Positions 59,901-64,000 of a DNA stretch of 64,000 nucleotides are shown piece by piece (the first letter of the stretch is position 1; each line of letters starts with the position of its first letter). Both the position numbers and the translations under genes were made by a program. The notes under the pieces are model-generated. The model had not been told where the DNA came from, searched no databases, and was given only the letters and a program-made list of their open reading frames with translations. Source of the stretch: Lepidodermella squamata (taxonomy: Eukaryota; Animalia; Gastrotricha); the NCBI GenBank assembly GCA_047495785.1, contig JBLDXI010000009.1, forward strand, positions 4,340,001 through 4,404,000, in the 5' to 3' direction.

Positions 59901-62900
59901 AGCTTCTGCAAACTCTGACCCCCATAACATTCTCTGAACGTCAGTCAAAGAAAATCGTCTTGCAAAAGCAGTATCAGACCAAAGGAAAGTATTCAATCGA
60001 GGCAAGATTGCGCAATATGGTAGATCTATCTGATCCTGTTGTTCGAACGATTTTCGTAACAAATGGACCGTGTTACCAGCCAATAGTCAGCATTCAGCAA
60101 GTTCCGACTGTCTACAGAAGGCAGAAGTTTGAGATACCGGCGAGTTTACTCTTCAACTGCACGTCTTCTGATAAGATGAATCAGACTTGGAATGTCGAGT
60201 TTTCAAAGAACAAAGTCAAATGGCAAGATTTAACCAAAACACTCATACCGAAAACATTGCAAGCTAATACGTTCACCGAGGCGAAACGGGCCGCTATCCT
60301 TAGAGATGTGTCGCTCAGCTTCGATAAAGGAACATTAAACGTCGGCTTCTATAGATTCACCCTAAAAGTTGACATGCCGGAGGAGGAGCTCGGCGGTCAG
60401 ATCTTTCAATCCGTAACAGAAGTTCAAGTTTCGCCATTGGTCGTGAGATTCAATCCACCATCCGGTTACGTCGATGGGGTTTTCGGGAAAGGCAAAAAAC
60501 ACCTAGTTGACGCAATCTCGAATAGTTATGATCCTGATGAGCCGTCGAAAATGCCAACGATCACTTTGTACTGTAGAAGAATTTGCGAGGGGCCTTGGCC
60601 TGATTTTTCGAGCTACGACGAAGCGGCCGCTTTCGCGGCTAATCCTCAGATTTTCAGGCCCAAGCAATGCAACTTCACTGATGCGGACGAGGAGAAGCTG
60701 GGGGTGGGTCTGCCCGGCTGTTTTGCTTGGGGTTGGCATTCAACACAAGATCATCAGTTTTCATACCGATCAACTGATCTTTTCCCTGCAATAAATCTCC
60801 CCATTTTTCAGCGGACGCTAGTCGCTAAGAATGATGATGGTGTTTCGCAAGAGTTCATTACCACTGCATATGAAAAGCTTGCGGACGGCAAAACAGTCCA
60901 ACTATCGACTGAATACATGTTTGAAAATGAGACTTTCAACATACTTGCGCTAGCCCTCGATTCTGTAACCCAGCGATTTGCCGTTGCGACACAAACTATT
61001 CGATTGGAACGGGGCGAACCTCCTGTTGGAGTTATCCAGTAAGTCTCAAATATAGGATCAACAATTTTTTTAATTGCTTTTGCAGGTCTTTATCAAACTG
61101 TGGGTACCCATATCAACTCGGCTGTTTAGTTAATCCAACATCTCGAATTACTATACGGCGAATAATTGAGAATCGAATCCTTGGTCGTGTTTACAAATAC
61201 AATTGGATCTTCATTCCTGTCAAGAGAACCCAGGTCCAGGAATTTGAGGAGAGCCTGGCCGGCGCTTTCAATTCCATAAATGGGACCCGTCCTTTGGAGA
61301 CCGTGCAGGATTGGACTAATCTCACGTCGACTGGAAGATACGGTCCTGATTTGTCATTCAGAGCCGAAGCGTTTGCCAGCTCCAACTACGGACAGATGTA
61401 CGCTGTGATTAACGAGGCTAAACTTGGTAGCCAAGGTAGAATAGGTCGAGCTATGATCTACATGTACATTGATACGCCTCCGGATGTTAGCCAAGCAACT
61501 TGTAAGATCAATCCTGCCAGTGGGATCGCCCTTACGACCCGGTTTTCTATCCGATGCAGTGGTTTCCGAGATCCCGACGAAGCTGTTTTGAAGAAATTCA
61601 CCTTCGTAGCATACACTTGCTCGTCTTGTGATCCCATTTACCTAAACCCTATCCCGCAAGTGACACCCGAGCTGACGAATTTCAACCTTCCAGTTGGAGA
61701 TTCAAATCGAAACTACAATCTGACTATTAGGGTCTACGCTTATGACGCGGTGGAAGCTATTGGTTACCTGGATGTAACATCTGTCATAGTTCTGCCTAGA
61801 TTGGATTTGGCCTTCATTCGGGGGCAATATGAACAGCTTGCAGCTTCTACGGGAAATGGCACGAATCCTGAATTTCTAGTATCGAGATTGCTAAGTTTCG
61901 TGGATTTAATGAATGGGAGGCCATTCGATCAACCATACATGGGCAATGCAACCATATTAAGTAATTTGTCTGCTGAATTTTTACCAACCGGTCTGATATT
62001 TTAACATTCTTGTTAGATGATCTGTCTAATGATAATCGAGACGCAGAAGTCGCGCGAGTAAATGCTGATTTTCAGCGATATGCAAACGAGCTGAAACTAT
62101 TTCAAGAGATGAGGCTTCAATCCCTCAATTGGCTCTTGGCTGTTGGAGTGGCCTCGAAAAGTGTCCAATCTCTCAAGAGCTACTGCGCAGTCCTCGGAAT
62201 GCTGCAAGCCGTGCCGGAGCAGTCGCTATCCGAAGAATTTCAATCTAAAGTCTTACGAGCTCTGAAACCAGCAGTTACGTTGCTATCCAACCTATCAGCC
62301 GATATAACTGTCGACTCTAATGATATGGATATGGCTACCAGTGCTGCAGTGTCTGCGTTAGGAAAGCTTTCAGACGTGGTTGAATACTCAGCTAGCTACT
62401 CACCTCCATGGAACCCTACTCAGTCCACTACAACCATTCAGCCCGAAGATATTTCCAACGAGCTCCTTACAACGACAAAATCCCCTAGAGTCTCAGTTAT
62501 TCTTGAAGAAATGGCAACTTTGAGAGACGATTTGATGAGACTAGTTCTGCGTCGAAAGGGAGTGCAAGAAAGCCGAAGTGTCGTCGGCGGTCAAAATGCG
62601 AAGTATTCGCTATCCCTAGACTTTGTTGGGAATCTTGATAACGCCACAATTCAGAACGGGGATGACGACGATTGCGGCCAGTTCAAACTAGGCCTTGCAT
62701 CAGACACATTTGGACCATCGATTATGCCCACTGTTCTTAAAGACTCCGGGTCAAACAACTCGGAAGTCTTCAATGCTGCGAAAGTAACCATCAAAGCTTC
62801 CATGACTTCTGGGAATATGTACGCCAATATCGGCCAGAGTAACTACGCTATCAATTCAATGATTCAGTCTCTCACTCTCAGCGATGAAAATGGTCGGGAA

Positions 62901-64000
62901 ATTGTGGTGAAGAATCTAAATGAGCCCATAGAGATACTAGTCGAGTCGAAGAACAAAGACTTGCCTCAAAGCATTCTTACTGCTGTTTTAGGGAGATCTG
63001 TCTCGAAGCCTTTGAAATACATCGAACTTCCTATAGCTCGATCCTCAGCTGCTTTCATAACTGTTGATCAAATTACTGATCTATCGAATACCAAGCTTGA
63101 GATCAACGCCACTTGTAACACGACGGCGGATAAAAACTGCGGGCATCCATATGAAAATTCGCTTTTAACGGTTGGCGGTCGAAATATGACCATAAAGCAA
63201 ATAAACCCGACCAATGAACCTGTTGCAATATTCGTCTTCATCAATCGAGATGGGAAGTTTCCTACTGAAAGCTTGTCTTCGAATGCTTCAAATTTGGGAT
63301 GCATGCTGCCAAATAATCTAATTATGGAGCAGCAGATGAAGTCGAAGTCGGTAACAGTGAACGTTTCAACAACATATTCGCCTGAAGGAACAGGAAATGC
63401 TACGAATAACACGACTACTCGAAATAATTCAGCGAAAAAGAAGGAATGCAAGTTGAACAATGAAAAGCCTGATAACACATGTTTCTTCTCTGAGCGAGAC
63501 CTTGGTGTAAAAAATTCCAGCGCGACGCTCTTCGTAGGAATGAGGGCCCTCCCACTGGCCCTTGTTCGTTCCGTAATACAAGGCCTCATCGCGGAATATG
63601 GTTCGAGTCTCAACGAAACGATAGTCATACAAAGACTGATGTCGGGTTATCTGAACGAAACAGTTGCTGCTTTGATAAGTTATGAAAGCTTCACGACAGC
63701 TTGCGTGTTCTGGAATGACGAAATCAAAGACTGGTCGACAGACGGTTGTAGGGTTGGCTCGTCATCAACCCCCGGCGGTAACCCCAGCTTGACTCAGTGT
63801 TTTTGTAACCACCTCACCACTTTCGGCACCAATTTCAACATTCCGATGAACACGTTCAAACCTGGTGATTCCGCCTTCACCAGGCTGGATCAAAACCCGG
63901 TTTGCTTCACGTTCGGAATCTGCATCTTCTGTCTTTATTTTGCGATTTTGATCTGGGCAAGGAGGAAAGACCGAGAGGATGAAGTTAAATGGGGAGCCCT
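44980..64000 (+). CDS. Giant polycystin-1 (PKD1/PKD1-like/REJ) family protein, 5' part, truncated by the window end
   Basis: Signal peptide, many C-type lectin domains, LamG-like repeats, WSC (YMGCY..C..FC...FAGLEGGYYCRC), F5/8-like, PAN-like, PKD repeats (YYGDG, WTFGDG, IDFG) and REJ (SYDPD; C.I.P.SGIALTT.F.I.CSGF.D). The last exon (62017-64000, missing from the ORF track) has GPS CVFWND..DWSTDGC..TQCFCNHLTTF and TM1 ending IWARRKD. Confidence 0.93.
45652..45946. repeat. Intronic inverted repeat with telomere-type CCCTAA units at its centre
   Basis: 45652-45708 is nearly the reverse complement of 45890-45946; CCCTAACCCTAACCCACCCTAA at 45799-45820. Confidence 0.85.

Noticed and set aside
63068-63632. 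186-aa and 67-aa minus-strand ORFs
   Set aside because: Antisense to the open polycystin exon 62017-64000.
1-64000. Prokaryotic systems (CRISPR, defence operons) or an alternative genetic code to explain the broken ORFs
   Set aside because: ORF breaks are explained by GT-AG introns under the standard code, and no repeat-spacer array is present.

Overview
Eukaryotic (invertebrate animal) genomic DNA with mostly very short introns (about 40-65 nt), so the ORF track shows exon fragments. Gene models were joined by eye at GT-AG sites and their boundaries are approximate. The species cannot be determined from the sequence. From left to right: (1) an intronless Cys-loop receptor pseudogene split by a tRNA-derived SINE; (2) a two-pore K+ channel and an unknown membrane-anchored protein on the minus strand; (3) a ~24-kb same-strand array of seven paralogous cell-surface genes (signal peptide, sushi-like Cys modules, EGF, Ser/Thr mucin stalk, divergent SEA-like domains with an inserted basic convertase-type site, hydrophobic tail), with two glycosyltransferase-type genes and a hidden 60-aa secreted peptide gene embedded in it; (4) an AT-rich ~15-kb block with two nuclear-receptor-like genes that seem to encode only a ligand-binding domain, a protein kinase D-like gene lacking C1 domains, three small Cys-rich paralogs ending in EPRRLF, and a very basic secreted protein with alternating-Ser motifs; (5) the 5' ~19 kb of a giant polycystin-1-like gene that runs off the window just after GPS and TM1. 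The best candidates for something undescribed are the SEA-like array, the LBD-only receptors and the EPRRLF family. All family calls rest on motif recognition; no database search was run.
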